DNA from: an uncultured Gammaproteobacteria bacterium
Lineage (GTDB): Bacteria; Patescibacteriota; Microgenomatia; Levybacterales; GWA1-39-11
NCBI GenBank assembly: GCA_964452165.1
Contig: CAYVKP010000001.1
Coordinates: 204,110-268,109, forward strand
DNA length: 64,000 bases
Direction: 5' to 3'
The position numbers and the translations under genes are program-made. Positions 37,502 to 47,428 of the stretch are shown piece after piece (the first letter of the stretch is position 1; every line of letters begins with the position of its first letter). Under the pieces are notes generated by a model. That model ran no database searches. It was not told the origin of the DNA and saw only the letters and a program-made list of their open reading frames with translations.

Positions 37502-38626
37502 ATGACTAGTTCTCTCATCAAAAATCAACACAATCAGGTTCGTGAGCTTATCGATTCAGCAGCCTCAATAGGCGTTATAATCGGTGATGCCCAGAACGTG
37601 GATAGCGTGGCCGCGGCACTCTCAATTTACTTAATTCTTGAGACATACGGTAAAAACGTTCAAATAATCTCCAAAAAGCAGCCCACAGTTGAGGTTTCAA
37701 ACCTGGTTGGAATAGACCGAGTTGCTGATGGATTTAGTGGTGTCGCAAAAACACTCACAATCTCAGTTCCATATCGCGAGGGAGAAATTGAAAAAGTCTC
37801 CTATAATATTGAAGGAGACAGGCTTAATGTTAATCTTTTTGCAGAGGAGAACGGAATAACATTCAGCGAACGTGACGTAGAGTACATTAGAAAAGGTTCT
37901 TCTCCGGACCTTATTATTACAGTTGGGGTAACAAATGACGAGGACATAAAGGGTTTTGTTGATGTTTCAAATGTTAAGATCATTAATATTGACAGAAATC
38001 CTTTAAATACAGCCACAGGAGACGTTTCTCTCATAGATCCATCGTTCTCGTCTCTGTCAGAGGTTGTTACGAGTATCGCCATGGATATGAATTTCCCAGC
38101 AGATGTTGATGCCTACCAGAATTTAATGGACGGAATTGTATCCTCAACTAATAATTTTACGGCTCCTGCAACATCCGGTTTTGCATTTGAGGCAGCGGGA
38201 TTCTTGCTCCAAAATGGCGCAAAAAGAAAACAGATAGAAGTTACGCAACCAAGACGCGATACTTTTCCAAAAGAAGATTTATTTTTAAACACCAACCCAA
38301 GGCCTCAGAATCAACCTAAGGCAAGCAGACCGGTCCAGAATTTCCCAAGACCCCAAGGTCAAAACCAGAATAAGCCTTTCCCAAGACCTCAGGCGGGTCC
38401 TGTGCAAACCGCTCCATTAGCAACTCCTGCTCCAATGAGCGCAAGCAACAATCAAAACCCTAACGTTCAAACTCCTTCAAAACCCTTCTCGGCACCAAAA
38501 GAGATGGCAAGTGAGACTCAAGATATGCCAGATGAGGCACAATTTACAGAGGGCGGAATGGGATCTGAAATTCCTGACGATTGGTTTCTTCCAAAAGTCT
38601 TCAAGGGAAGCAAAAAAGGCAACTAA
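37502..38626 (+). CDS. Degenerate DHH/NrnA-like phosphoesterase-fold protein with P/Q-rich tail
   Basis: DSVAAALS, DLIITVG, INIDRN in place of IDHH, SSLSEVV, GIVSSTNNF; located after infB. Confidence 0.65.
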   Translation: MTSSLIKNQHNQVRELIDSAASIGVIIGDAQNVDSVAAALSIYLILETYGKNVQIISKKQPTVEVSNLVGIDRVADGFSGVAKTLTISVPYREGEIEKVSYNIEGDRLNVNLFAEENGITFSERDVEYIRKGSSPDLIITVGVTNDEDIKGFVDVSNVKIINIDRNPLNTATGDVSLIDPSFSSLSEVVTSIAMDMNFPADVDAYQNLMDGIVSSTNNFTAPATSGFAFEAAGFLLQNGAKRKQIEVTQPRRDTFPKEDLFLNTNPRPQNQPKASRPVQNFPRPQGQNQNKPFPRPQAGPVQTAPLATPAPMSASNNQNPNVQTPSKPFSAPKEMASETQDMPDEAQFTEGGMGSEIPDDWFLPKVFKGSKKGN

Positions 38627-38711
38627 ACCTCTCTTAAGTTAAGTAATTGAAAATTGAGTTCGAATCTGCTAAAATACACAAGATAATAAATAGAAAGAAG
38701 ATAAAAAATAT

Positions 38712-38981
38712 ATGGCGTTAAGTTCAGATGATAAGAAAAAAATAATTTCAGAATTTGCTACAGTTAAAGGCGACACGGGAAGTCCCGAGGTACAAATTGC
38801 CCTTCTAACCAACAAAATTCAAAAACTTACAGATCATCTCAAAATACACCAAAAAGATTCACACAGTAGACGCGGGCTTTTAAATATGTTATCAAAGAGA
38901 AGAAGGTTATTTAATTTTTTAGCTAGAATGGACAAATCTCGGGGAGATGAAATAGGAAAGAAAGTAGGAATGACCGCATAA
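38712..38981 (+). CDS. rpsO: 30S ribosomal protein S15
   Basis: DTGSPEVQIALLT..HLK.H.KD.HSRRGLL. Confidence 0.97.
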   Translation: MALSSDDKKKIISEFATVKGDTGSPEVQIALLTNKIQKLTDHLKIHQKDSHSRRGLLNMLSKRRRLFNFLARMDKSRGDEIGKKVGMTA

Positions 38982-39040
38982 TAAATTTACGCTGTTCTTC
39001 GTATAACAATCACACCAATAAAAACCCCCGAAATATATAA

Positions 39041-41431
39041 ATGAAACAATCAAAAAAAGAAATTCAGGTTAACGGATCAACCATTGAGCTCTCAACGGGG
39101 CTTCTTGCAGGACAAGCAACTTCTGCCGTGGTAGCACGTGTAGGTGACACAATGATCATTGCAACCGTTGTTATGGGGCGAAACGATACTACTCTTGGCT
39201 ATTTCCCACTGTCGGTTGAATATGTAGAAAGACTTTACGCGGGCGGAAAAATAAAGGGAAGCCGTTGGGTGAAACGCGAGGGCAGGCCCTCTGATGACGC
39301 AATCCTTACAGCTCGTATGATAGACCGCTCCATAAGACCTCTTTTTCCAAAAGAGCTTAAAAAAGATATTCAGGTTGTTGTCACCGTTTTGTCTGTAGAC
39401 TTAGAGCATAAGCCTGATATTCTCGCCGCCGTAGCTGTCTCGGCAGCATTATCTATCTCAAAAATTCCATGGAATGGACCTATTGGAACTACTCGTGTAG
39501 GTTTGATGAAAAAAGAAGAAGAGGAAGAACTTGTTATAAATCCTTCAGCAACAGAAGAAGCCTTTATGGATCTTGATTTAGTTGTTTCAAGTAGACAAGG
39601 CCGTTCGGTCATGATTGAAGCAGGAGCAAAGCAAGTACCGGAGAAAAAAGTAGACGCTGGAATAAAACTTGCAAAAGAGGCAAATGCAAAAATTGAGACA
39701 GCAATAAACGAGTGGGTAAAAGAAATTGGAGAAAAGAAGATAGCGCTCGCAAAAGATGAGAAAAAAGAAGAAGTAATCATGCTTGTCGAGAAATCGTATA
39801 AAGATAAGATGGTTGAATTAATTGAAAAGGGAGTTGATAGGGAAGTTGGGGCAGAATTACAAGCAATAATTGATGCAATTTATGAACTTGAGAAGGAGAA
39901 TATTGACGACAAGGGCAAAATTGCCGGTGCAGTTGATTACGTTTTCAAGAAAACGGTTCGTGAGCAAATAATGACTCAGAAGAAAAGACCCGACGGTAGA
40001 GCGATTGATGAAATTCGCCCAATCTCGGCCCAAGTTGGTTTCTTACCCAGAACTCATGGCTCGGCCATATTTACAAGAGGAGAGACTCAAGGACTGTCGG
40101 TTGCGACGCTTGGTCCGTCCTCCATGGAGCAGATTATAGAGGGCCCTGAGGGTGAGGAAAAGAAAAGATACATGCATCATTATTCTTTCCCACCTTATTC
40201 TGTTGGTGAAACGGGTAGGATGATGTCTCCAAATAGGCGTGAGGTAGGACACGGCGCCTTAGCCGAAAAAGCACTAGAACCGGTGATTCCCGATATTTCG
40301 GTTTTCCCATATGCAATTCGCGTTGTTTCTGAAATTATGTCTTCAAATGGTTCTACGTCTCAAGCAGCTGTTTGTGGTTCAACCTTAGCTTTGCTTGATG
40401 CGGGAGTTCCGCTTACCGCACATGTTGCGGGAATTGCAATAGGACTTATGACTCAAGGTGATAAATTCATAACCCTCACCGACATAATCGGACTCGAAGA
40501 TTTCTCCGGAGACATGGACTTTAAGGTTGCCGGAACAAAAGATGGAATTACTGCAATTCAGTTGGACGTGAAGATAGATGGGTTAACCAATGAGATTGAG
40601 ACAGAGACACTTGAAAAAGCTAGAGTAGCAAGGTTGGCGGTTCTTGAAAAGATGGTGGAAGTTATTCCGGCAGCACGTACCGACGTTTCAAAATATGCAC
40701 CGAAAATTAAGACTGTCAAAATTGATCCTGAGAAAATTGGGGAAGTTATTGGATCGGGAGGAAAGACAATCCGCAACATTTCCGCAACAACAGGTGCAAC
40801 CGTTGATGTTGCTGAAGATGGAACAGTTTCAATCTCGGCAGTTGATGAGGCAGCTGTTGAAAAAGCAGCTGAATGGGTCGATCTTATAACCCGAGAACTT
40901 CAAAAGGGTGAAGTTTTTGAGGGAACAGTCAAGAGAATTGTCAATTTTGGAGCATTTGTTGAGATAGTTCCCGGTAAAGAAGGGCTAGTCCACGTCTCTG
41001 AAATGTCCACAGAGTACGTTAAGGATCCGGCAGACGTTGTTGAGATAGGACAGAAAGTGAAAGTTAACGTACGTGAGGTTGACGAACACGGAAGAATTAA
41101 TCTTTCAATGATTTTTGGTGAAAGACCTGAACGACCGGGAGGATCTGAAGGTGGAGATCGCGGTGACCGCGGACCCACTCGAGGCTCAGGGCAGGGACGA
41201 GAGGATCGTCCACGTGGAGGCCGAGATTTTGGTCCAAGACGTGAGGGAGGATCACGAGGTCCAAGGTCCTTCGGTGGCGCCCAAGGAGGCCGAGATTTTG
41301 GTCCAAGGAGTGAAGGGCAAGATAGGGGTCCGAGAAGAAGTTTTGGTGGACCAAGACGTGGTGGACCAAGAAGCAGACCGGCTCCATTTGACTCAATGCG
41401 CCCAGGTGGCGATGACCGCAACAGAAGATAG
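39041..41431 (+). CDS. pnp: Polyribonucleotide nucleotidyltransferase with RG-rich tail
   Basis: RMIDRSIRPLFP, HGSAIFTRGETQ, SNGSTS, GDMDFKVAGT, KH and S1 domains. Confidence 0.97.
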   Translation: MKQSKKEIQVNGSTIELSTGLLAGQATSAVVARVGDTMIIATVVMGRNDTTLGYFPLSVEYVERLYAGGKIKGSRWVKREGRPSDDAILTARMIDRSIRPLFPKELKKDIQVVVTVLSVDLEHKPDILAAVAVSAALSISKIPWNGPIGTTRVGLMKKEEEEELVINPSATEEAFMDLDLVVSSRQGRSVMIEAGAKQVPEKKVDAGIKLAKEANAKIETAINEWVKEIGEKKIALAKDEKKEEVIMLVEKSYKDKMVELIEKGVDREVGAELQAIIDAIYELEKENIDDKGKIAGAVDYVFKKTVREQIMTQKKRPDGRAIDEIRPISAQVGFLPRTHGSAIFTRGETQGLSVATLGPSSMEQIIEGPEGEEKKRYMHHYSFPPYSVGETGRMMSPNRREVGHGALAEKALEPVIPDISVFPYAIRVVSEIMSSNGSTSQAAVCGSTLALLDAGVPLTAHVAGIAIGLMTQGDKFITLTDIIGLEDFSGDMDFKVAGTKDGITAIQLDVKIDGLTNEIETETLEKARVARLAVLEKMVEVIPAARTDVSKYAPKIKTVKIDPEKIGEVIGSGGKTIRNISATTGATVDVAEDGTVSISAVDEAAVEKAAEWVDLITRELQKGEVFEGTVKRIVNFGAFVEIVPGKEGLVHVSEMSTEYVKDPADVVEIGQKVKVNVREVDEHGRINLSMIFGERPERPGGSEGGDRGDRGPTRGSGQGREDRPRGGRDFGPRREGGSRGPRSFGGAQGGRDFGPRSEGQDRGPRRSFGGPRRGGPRSRPAPFDSMRPGGDDRNRR
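41216..41307 (+). repeat. 23-bp direct repeat in pnp tail (41216-41238, 41285-41307)
   Basis: ggaggccgagattttggtccaag twice (GGRDFGPR). Confidence 0.85.
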
Positions 41432-41500
41432 CTTACCCTCTAATTTGTGCGTTTAAATTCAAGGCTTTTGGCGTAATCACAATAATGTTATACTTTTCCT

Positions 41501-42661
41501 ATGGATAATTCTGCCCAGAAAGCGGACGGTTCTGCCGTTGCGCAAACACAAAACACCGCACAACAGGTTCCAGTTCCGGCCAGTCCCGCGCCCGCAAACG
41601 AGAAGTTTAACGTAGAAGACCAATTGGCAAAGCTAGATGCATCAATTGCACAAGCATCATTACCCGTTGATCTCCATCAAAAAGTGGTCGCAATGGCAAA
41701 TCGTCTCAAGATTATTAAAGGAGACGGAAGCTTTTTCTTAGAGTATGATTCTATTAGTCGTTATATTGAGTGGATTACGAATTTACCGTGGAATAAAAGT
41801 TCAGATGATATTTTAGATTTGAATCATGCCAAGCAAGTCCTGGATCACAATCACTACGGGCTTAATGACGTTAAGGAGAAAATCATGGAGTATTTGTCAA
41901 TTATGATTTTGAAAAAGAAAAAAGAAATGGGAGCAGAATCCTTTGCACGTGCACCAATAATCTCACTTGTCGGACTTGTCGGTGTAGGAAAAACTACAAT
42001 TGCTTACTCAATTGCCGAAGCACTGGGACGAAAAATTGAGCGCATCCCTTTTGGAGGAATGGGATCGGCGGGGCAACTTAGAGGTAAAACTCGACTTTTC
42101 CCTGATGCCGAACCGGGACTCGTCATGAAAGCATTGAGACGAGCCGGCACTAATAATCCGGTAATCTTGCTCGATGAGATTGACCGCGTATCGGCTGAGG
42201 CAAGAGCTGATATTATGGGAGTTTTGGTAGAACTTTTGGATCCGACCCAGAATAAGGCTTTTTCAGATCATTTTATCGATTACCCCTTCAATTTACAGAA
42301 TGTTTTATTCATTGCAACGAGTAACAACACTAAAGATATCTCAACTGCGGTACTTGACCGTCTTGAGATAATTCAAATGCCCTCATATACTGATGAAGAG
42401 AAGATAACTATTGCAAAAAACTATATGTTTCCAAAGGTTTTGAAAGAATCGGGAATGAGCGCGGCAGAGGTTGTAATTGATGATCCGGTTTGGGCCGAAA
42501 TTGTTAGGCCACTGGGATATGATTCCGGAATACGTTCGCTTGAAAGAATTGTTCAGGGAGTCGTGCGAAAAGTTGTTTTCCATCAGCTCCTGGGGCAAAT
42601 TCCTGCCGGACCGTTTCGAATTACGGCACAAAATGTAAAGGAGTACGTGCCGGCTTGGTAA
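41501..42661 (+). CDS. Lon-type AAA+ ATPase lacking the protease domain
   Basis: YIEWITNLPW, LDHNHYGLNDVKEKI, GVGKTT, NPVILLDEID, AVLDRLEII; ends right after the AAA lid. Confidence 0.85.
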   Translation: MDNSAQKADGSAVAQTQNTAQQVPVPASPAPANEKFNVEDQLAKLDASIAQASLPVDLHQKVVAMANRLKIIKGDGSFFLEYDSISRYIEWITNLPWNKSSDDILDLNHAKQVLDHNHYGLNDVKEKIMEYLSIMILKKKKEMGAESFARAPIISLVGLVGVGKTTIAYSIAEALGRKIERIPFGGMGSAGQLRGKTRLFPDAEPGLVMKALRRAGTNNPVILLDEIDRVSAEARADIMGVLVELLDPTQNKAFSDHFIDYPFNLQNVLFIATSNNTKDISTAVLDRLEIIQMPSYTDEEKITIAKNYMFPKVLKESGMSAAEVVIDDPVWAEIVRPLGYDSGIRSLERIVQGVVRKVVFHQLLGQIPAGPFRITAQNVKEYVPAW

Positions 42662-42668
42662 TTTAAGT

Positions 42669-44324
42669 ATGGATACAGTTTCATATATTTCACTTGGCGG
42701 AGTTGGAGGCGTTACAAAAAACATGCATATGTATGTCTTTGGACGCGAGATTCTTCTGGTGGATTGCGGCATAGGTTTTGTAGATGACTCAATGCCGGGA
42801 GTTGATCTTTCTATTCCCAACATTTCATATCTAAAACAACAAATTGCAGCGGGAAAAAGAATTGTTGGAATGATGCTCTCACACGGTCACGAAGATCATA
42901 TTGGAGCGCTGCCCTTTATATTGCCTCAGTTACCACAATTTCCGGTTTACGGAACCACCTTAACCGCAGCTTTAGCAAATGAAAAACTTGCAGAATTCGG
43001 TGGTAAAACTCGTGTTCAGACAATTAGATTTAACGATATGCTTCGTCTTGGTGCGTTTAATGTATCGGTTGCCAGAATGACGCATTCAATAATGGATACT
43101 TCAAATATTTTCATTAAGACTCCAATAGGTAATTTTTATCATGGTAGCGATTTTAAGTTTGATTTCACACCGGTGGATGGGAAACCATCAGAAATTAGGA
43201 AAATAGCAAAATGGGGAGAAGAAGGAATCTTGTGTACGATGTCAGATTGTCTTGGCGCAGAACGCACGGGACATTCAAAGTCAGAATTGAATATTACAGA
43301 AAGTTTTGATGATGAATTCAGGCGTTCTCGTGGGAAAATTTTTGTTACCACTTATTCTTCAAATCTTTCGCGTATGAATCAGGCAATTGAGGTAGCAAAA
43401 AAATACAACAGACGCGTTTGTTTTATCGGTAGATCATTTCTTAAGGTTCGTGATGTTGGAAGAAAGCTTAAATATATGGATTTGCCTCCAAAAATGGAGA
43501 TCAAGCCGCAGGAGGTAAGAAGAATGAATCCGGCAAACGTTTTAATACTTCTTGCGGGTAGTCAGGGTCAGGAAGAATCGGGCTTATCAAGGATTGCACA
43601 AGACCAAGATCGTGACATCAGGATTGCGCGTGGAGATACGGTCATATTCTCAGCAGATCCAATTCCCGGAAACGAGATCAATATCACTTCTCTAATCGAT
43701 ACAATTTCAAAAAAAGATGTCAGAGTTGTTTATTCGCAGCTAACCGACGAATTTCATGTTTCAGGACACGGTTCTCAAAACGACCTAAAGCTTCTGATTT
43801 CTTTAACCAACCCCAGATTCTTGTTGCCGATTGGTGGTAATTACAAACACATGGTGGCTTACGAGAAGATGGCGGCTGAGATGGGTTACACAAATGACAA
43901 GGTAATTTTTGCAGATGAGGCAAGGGAGATAATTTTTTCCCAAAGTGGATTCCGAGTGGGTAAATCTCTTTCACCCTCAAATGTATATGTGGACCAAGTA
44001 TCAAAGGGACAAATTGACAGTTATATAATTATGGATCGTAAGAAAATAGCCGAGGAGGGAGTGATTATAATAATTTCTGAAATAAATTCTGCGACTGGGC
44101 AGATAACAGCGCCAGTAGATGTCATTGCGCATGGCGTAAATTTTGATAACAAAGATGAATTTGTTCGTAACATGGGAATTGAGCTGGATAAGGTTTTTTC
44201 GCGAAGAAAAGAAAAAGTAACTAATTGGGGATTTTACAGAAAGACCATTCAACAAAGAGCCGAACAAATGCTGTATGACGAGGGTAGAGAGCCGCTTATA
44301 GTACCCGTAGTGTTGGAAGTTTAA
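42669..44324 (+). CDS. rnj: Ribonuclease J
   Basis: SHGHEDHIG, THSI, DFKFD, GSQGQE, HVSGH. Confidence 0.95.
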   Translation: MDTVSYISLGGVGGVTKNMHMYVFGREILLVDCGIGFVDDSMPGVDLSIPNISYLKQQIAAGKRIVGMMLSHGHEDHIGALPFILPQLPQFPVYGTTLTAALANEKLAEFGGKTRVQTIRFNDMLRLGAFNVSVARMTHSIMDTSNIFIKTPIGNFYHGSDFKFDFTPVDGKPSEIRKIAKWGEEGILCTMSDCLGAERTGHSKSELNITESFDDEFRRSRGKIFVTTYSSNLSRMNQAIEVAKKYNRRVCFIGRSFLKVRDVGRKLKYMDLPPKMEIKPQEVRRMNPANVLILLAGSQGQEESGLSRIAQDQDRDIRIARGDTVIFSADPIPGNEINITSLIDTISKKDVRVVYSQLTDEFHVSGHGSQNDLKLLISLTNPRFLLPIGGNYKHMVAYEKMAAEMGYTNDKVIFADEAREIIFSQSGFRVGKSLSPSNVYVDQVSKGQIDSYIIMDRKKIAEEGVIIIISEINSATGQITAPVDVIAHGVNFDNKDEFVRNMGIELDKVFSRRKEKVTNWGFYRKTIQQRAEQMLYDEGREPLIVPVVLEV

Positions 44325-44412
44325 TTCCGCCACCGCTGTCTTCGGACTTCGTCCTCGCAGCCGGTCTCCCTTCGCTTCGCGATCGGTCCGACCCCGTAGT
44401 GTTGGAAGTTTA
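44304..44412. mobile_element. 69-bp structured insertion (repeat copy B) flanked by a 20-bp direct duplication
   Basis: cccgtagtgttggaagttta at 44304-44323 and 44393-44412; interior matches 13113-13182. Confidence 0.75.
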
Positions 44413-45201
44413 GCTGCTTCTGTCTTTCTTCAGCTTGTTTACCCAAGTTTTATAGCTTGCTTCAATTTTTCTTACTACAGTTTTTGGCTCTTGTTTAATC
44501 AGCTCACTTACTTCAAGTGGAGGAGCAAATGTGACCTTAATAGGAGTTAATAACTTAGCCGCATGAGGAATAAAGCGAAGATAGTCGAAATTTGACGTAC
44601 CTTCAATATATGCTCTTACAACATAAACTTTCTTTTTAGTTTTTATGCCATGGAGTAAATATCCAACACCCGAATACCATTTTTTGTTTTCATCTTTGCT
44701 AGGATTTGGAAAAATAACGACAGATCCTCCTTCGGACACTTTTCTGGCTGCATTATTTATACTTTCGATATTCTTTTTATGCTCTTGCGCCGGACTATAC
44801 GTTGGGACCGGGTGAAATTTTTTAAGAAACTTTTCTCTCAGTTTTTCACCCTTTTGAATATCTACGTGGTGCTCGACATAAACGGGAATCAGATATTTAT
44901 CCGCATTTGGAGCCAAATTCATAAATCTTGAACTAATAATGAGAGATGAGCTTTCCCTTGGGGGGAGAGCCGCAAAAAGCGCGATTATATCTACCTCGTG
45001 AGGGTGATTTGCAACAACTACCACAGACTCATCCTTTAATACATGATTAACTTTGTCAGTCCTTCCTTTGACAATAAGTTTGCTTTTGGAGCGGGTAACC
45101 GTATTCATCATGGCCTGTTGTAGACCGAATTTTTTGACGTCACGGTTAATGGTGCGCACAAAAGGCTTGATAACGGGGAATCTTGTAATTTGCGACTGCA
45201 T
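44410..45201 (-). CDS. Glycerolipid acyltransferase (PlsC/LPLAT superfamily)
   Basis: VVVANHPHEVD (HxxxxD), GSVVIFP, VTFAPP. Confidence 0.8.
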   Translation of the reverse strand: MQSQITRFPVIKPFVRTINRDVKKFGLQQAMMNTVTRSKSKLIVKGRTDKVNHVLKDESVVVVANHPHEVDIIALFAALPPRESSSLIISSRFMNLAPNADKYLIPVYVEHHVDIQKGEKLREKFLKKFHPVPTYSPAQEHKKNIESINNAARKVSEGGSVVIFPNPSKDENKKWYSGVGYLLHGIKTKKKVYVVRAYIEGTSNFDYLRFIPHAAKLLTPIKVTFAPPLEVSELIKQEPKTVVRKIEASYKTWVNKLKKDRSS

Positions 45202-45308
45202 ATAAATAAATCCTTAAAAAGACATTATATAAAAATTAACCAATTCGAGCAATATTTGGAAGGCTAAAGACAAATCTCTTGAGCTTACAAATGTTGTATA
45301 ATCTTACT

Positions 45309-47414
45309 ATGGCAAAGCGCAGAAAATATCGCAAGAGAGGTAGTTTAAAGCTCAAAAATGGGACGATATACATGCTTTTTGCCGTAGGCGCGATTGTTGC
45401 AGGTCTTGCAATGTTTGCTTCATATACTCGCGGTAACGAACTTCTTATAAAAATTAATCTATATCTCACTTCATATTTCGGTTGGTTATCAATTTTAATT
45501 CCGCCGCTTGTTATTCTATTCGGATTGATGGTTGCACGCGTTAAGGCCCCCTTTACGCGTCCCAACGTATTCTTAGGATACTTGCTTTTGATTCTTGCTC
45601 TGTTCGGTCTGTTTCAATCCGGTGTTGTTGGAGAACAGCTTTTTTCAGTTGCTGATTCGGTTTTTGGCAGTATCCTTTCAATGTTGGTCTTTGTCGCCGC
45701 AGCTTTGGTTGGGCTTATTGTATTCTTAAATCTTTCCATATCACAGGTTTTTGATGGTGTTGGATCTATTATCAAAGCCTTGATGTCAGGTGTGGCTAAA
45801 ATGGCCCCCCTTTTTAAGAGCAAAAAACAGTTCGGAGTCTCCGATATGAAACAGATAACTATAAAGGGTATGCGCGATGAACCAATTAAAGAAGAGCCTG
45901 CCAAGTCCGCTATTCCTCCAAAATCCCCGGACAAAAAAGACGGAACCATGAATGATAAGCTAGTTCTTAATAAGCCGCTTGAAATGGGAGTTTGGGAATA
46001 TCCACCTCTGTCACTTTTATCTGTTCATGCAGGTCGTCGTGATACGGGAGACGTCAAAAAAATTGCAAAAACCATTGAGGATACCCTTCAAAGTTTTGGT
46101 ATCAAATCGCGGGTATCTGAGATCAATGTTGGGCCCTCAGTTACCCAGTACGCCCTTGAGATTGCGCTCGGTACAAAATTATCAAAAATTACCGGCCTAT
46201 CAAATGATTTGGCATTAGCAACAGAAGCGCCTACCGGACAGATAAGAATTGAGGCTCCAATTCCGGGCCGAAATTTGGTTGGAATAGAGATTCCTAACAG
46301 GTCTTTGGAAATAGTATCTCTAAAAACAATGCTTGAATCTCCGCAGATGCAAAAGGCAAAAACCAAACTTGCTGTTCCGCTTGGACTCGACGTCTCAGGG
46401 ACTCCGGTAGTGGCAGACTTGGCTCGAATGCCCCACGTTTTAATAGCCGGAACTACAGGATCCGGAAAGTCTGTTATGGTCAATTCCATAGTCGCATCAA
46501 TTTTGTTCCGTGCATCTCCTACAGAGGTTCGTTTTATAATGATCGATCCTAAACGAGTTGAACTGACAGGGTATAACGATATTCCTCATCTTATGTCTCC
46601 GGTGGTGGTTGAGGCGCAACAAGCGGTCTCGGCTTTAAAGTGGGCGATGAAAGAGATGGATCGCCGTTATGTACAGTTTCAAGACTCTGGCGTCAAGAAT
46701 ATCGATTCATACAATGAACTCGCAGGATTTCAGGCACTACCTTACATCGTAATTTTAATCGATGAGCTTGCAGATCTTATGTCACTTGCCGCAGTTGAAG
46801 TTGAGGATTCAATTGCAAGACTCGCTCAAATGGCACGTGCCACTGGAATTCATTTGGTCTTGGCAACCCAAAGACCTTCAGTAGACGTTTTGACAGGTCT
46901 TATAAAAGCAAATATTCCTTGCCGAATTTCATTTAACGTTTCATCAATGGTTGATAGCAAAGTTATTATCGACCAGCCCGGATCAGAAAAATTATTGGGA
47001 CGCGGAGACATGTTGTATGTTCCGCCAGATCAAGCAAAGCCAACGAGAATCCAGGGAACATTCGTATCAGACCAGGATGTTAAAAGAGTCGTTAACTTTA
47101 TAAAATCTCGTGGAGTTCCGGTTCAATATACTACCGAGGTTGTTGAGCAACAAGTCCATCTTGGTCGCGGCGGAACTTCAGCAGGAGAAGGAGGAAGTGG
47201 ACGTGATGAACTTTTTGAACAAGCAGTTCGCATAGTTTGTGCCCATGATAGAGCCTCGTCTTCGTTACTCCAGCGCCGTCTTTCAGTAGGTTTTAATCGC
47301 GCGGCAAGACTTTTAGAGCAGCTTGAAGAAGCAGGAGTTGTAGGTCCGGCAGATGGCAGTAAGCCACGTGATGTTTTGATTCGTGATCCTGACCAATTCT
47401 TAAGCCAGTTGTAG
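45309..47414 (+). CDS. ftsK: DNA translocase FtsK/SpoIIIE
   Basis: N-terminal TMs, PHVLIAGTTGSGKS, IDPKRVEL, ATQRPSVDV, gamma domain LLQRRLSVGFNRAARL. Confidence 0.95.
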   Translation: MAKRRKYRKRGSLKLKNGTIYMLFAVGAIVAGLAMFASYTRGNELLIKINLYLTSYFGWLSILIPPLVILFGLMVARVKAPFTRPNVFLGYLLLILALFGLFQSGVVGEQLFSVADSVFGSILSMLVFVAAALVGLIVFLNLSISQVFDGVGSIIKALMSGVAKMAPLFKSKKQFGVSDMKQITIKGMRDEPIKEEPAKSAIPPKSPDKKDGTMNDKLVLNKPLEMGVWEYPPLSLLSVHAGRRDTGDVKKIAKTIEDTLQSFGIKSRVSEINVGPSVTQYALEIALGTKLSKITGLSNDLALATEAPTGQIRIEAPIPGRNLVGIEIPNRSLEIVSLKTMLESPQMQKAKTKLAVPLGLDVSGTPVVADLARMPHVLIAGTTGSGKSVMVNSIVASILFRASPTEVRFIMIDPKRVELTGYNDIPHLMSPVVVEAQQAVSALKWAMKEMDRRYVQFQDSGVKNIDSYNELAGFQALPYIVILIDELADLMSLAAVEVEDSIARLAQMARATGIHLVLATQRPSVDVLTGLIKANIPCRISFNVSSMVDSKVIIDQPGSEKLLGRGDMLYVPPDQAKPTRIQGTFVSDQDVKRVVNFIKSRGVPVQYTTEVVEQQVHLGRGGTSAGEGGSGRDELFEQAVRIVCAHDRASSSLLQRRLSVGFNRAARLLEQLEEAGVVGPADGSKPRDVLIRDPDQFLSQL

Positions 47415-47428
47415 GCTGCCCCCAAATT

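Noticed and set aside
40900-41421. 173-aa Pro/Arg-rich antisense ORF
   Set aside because: Mirror of the low-complexity pnp tail
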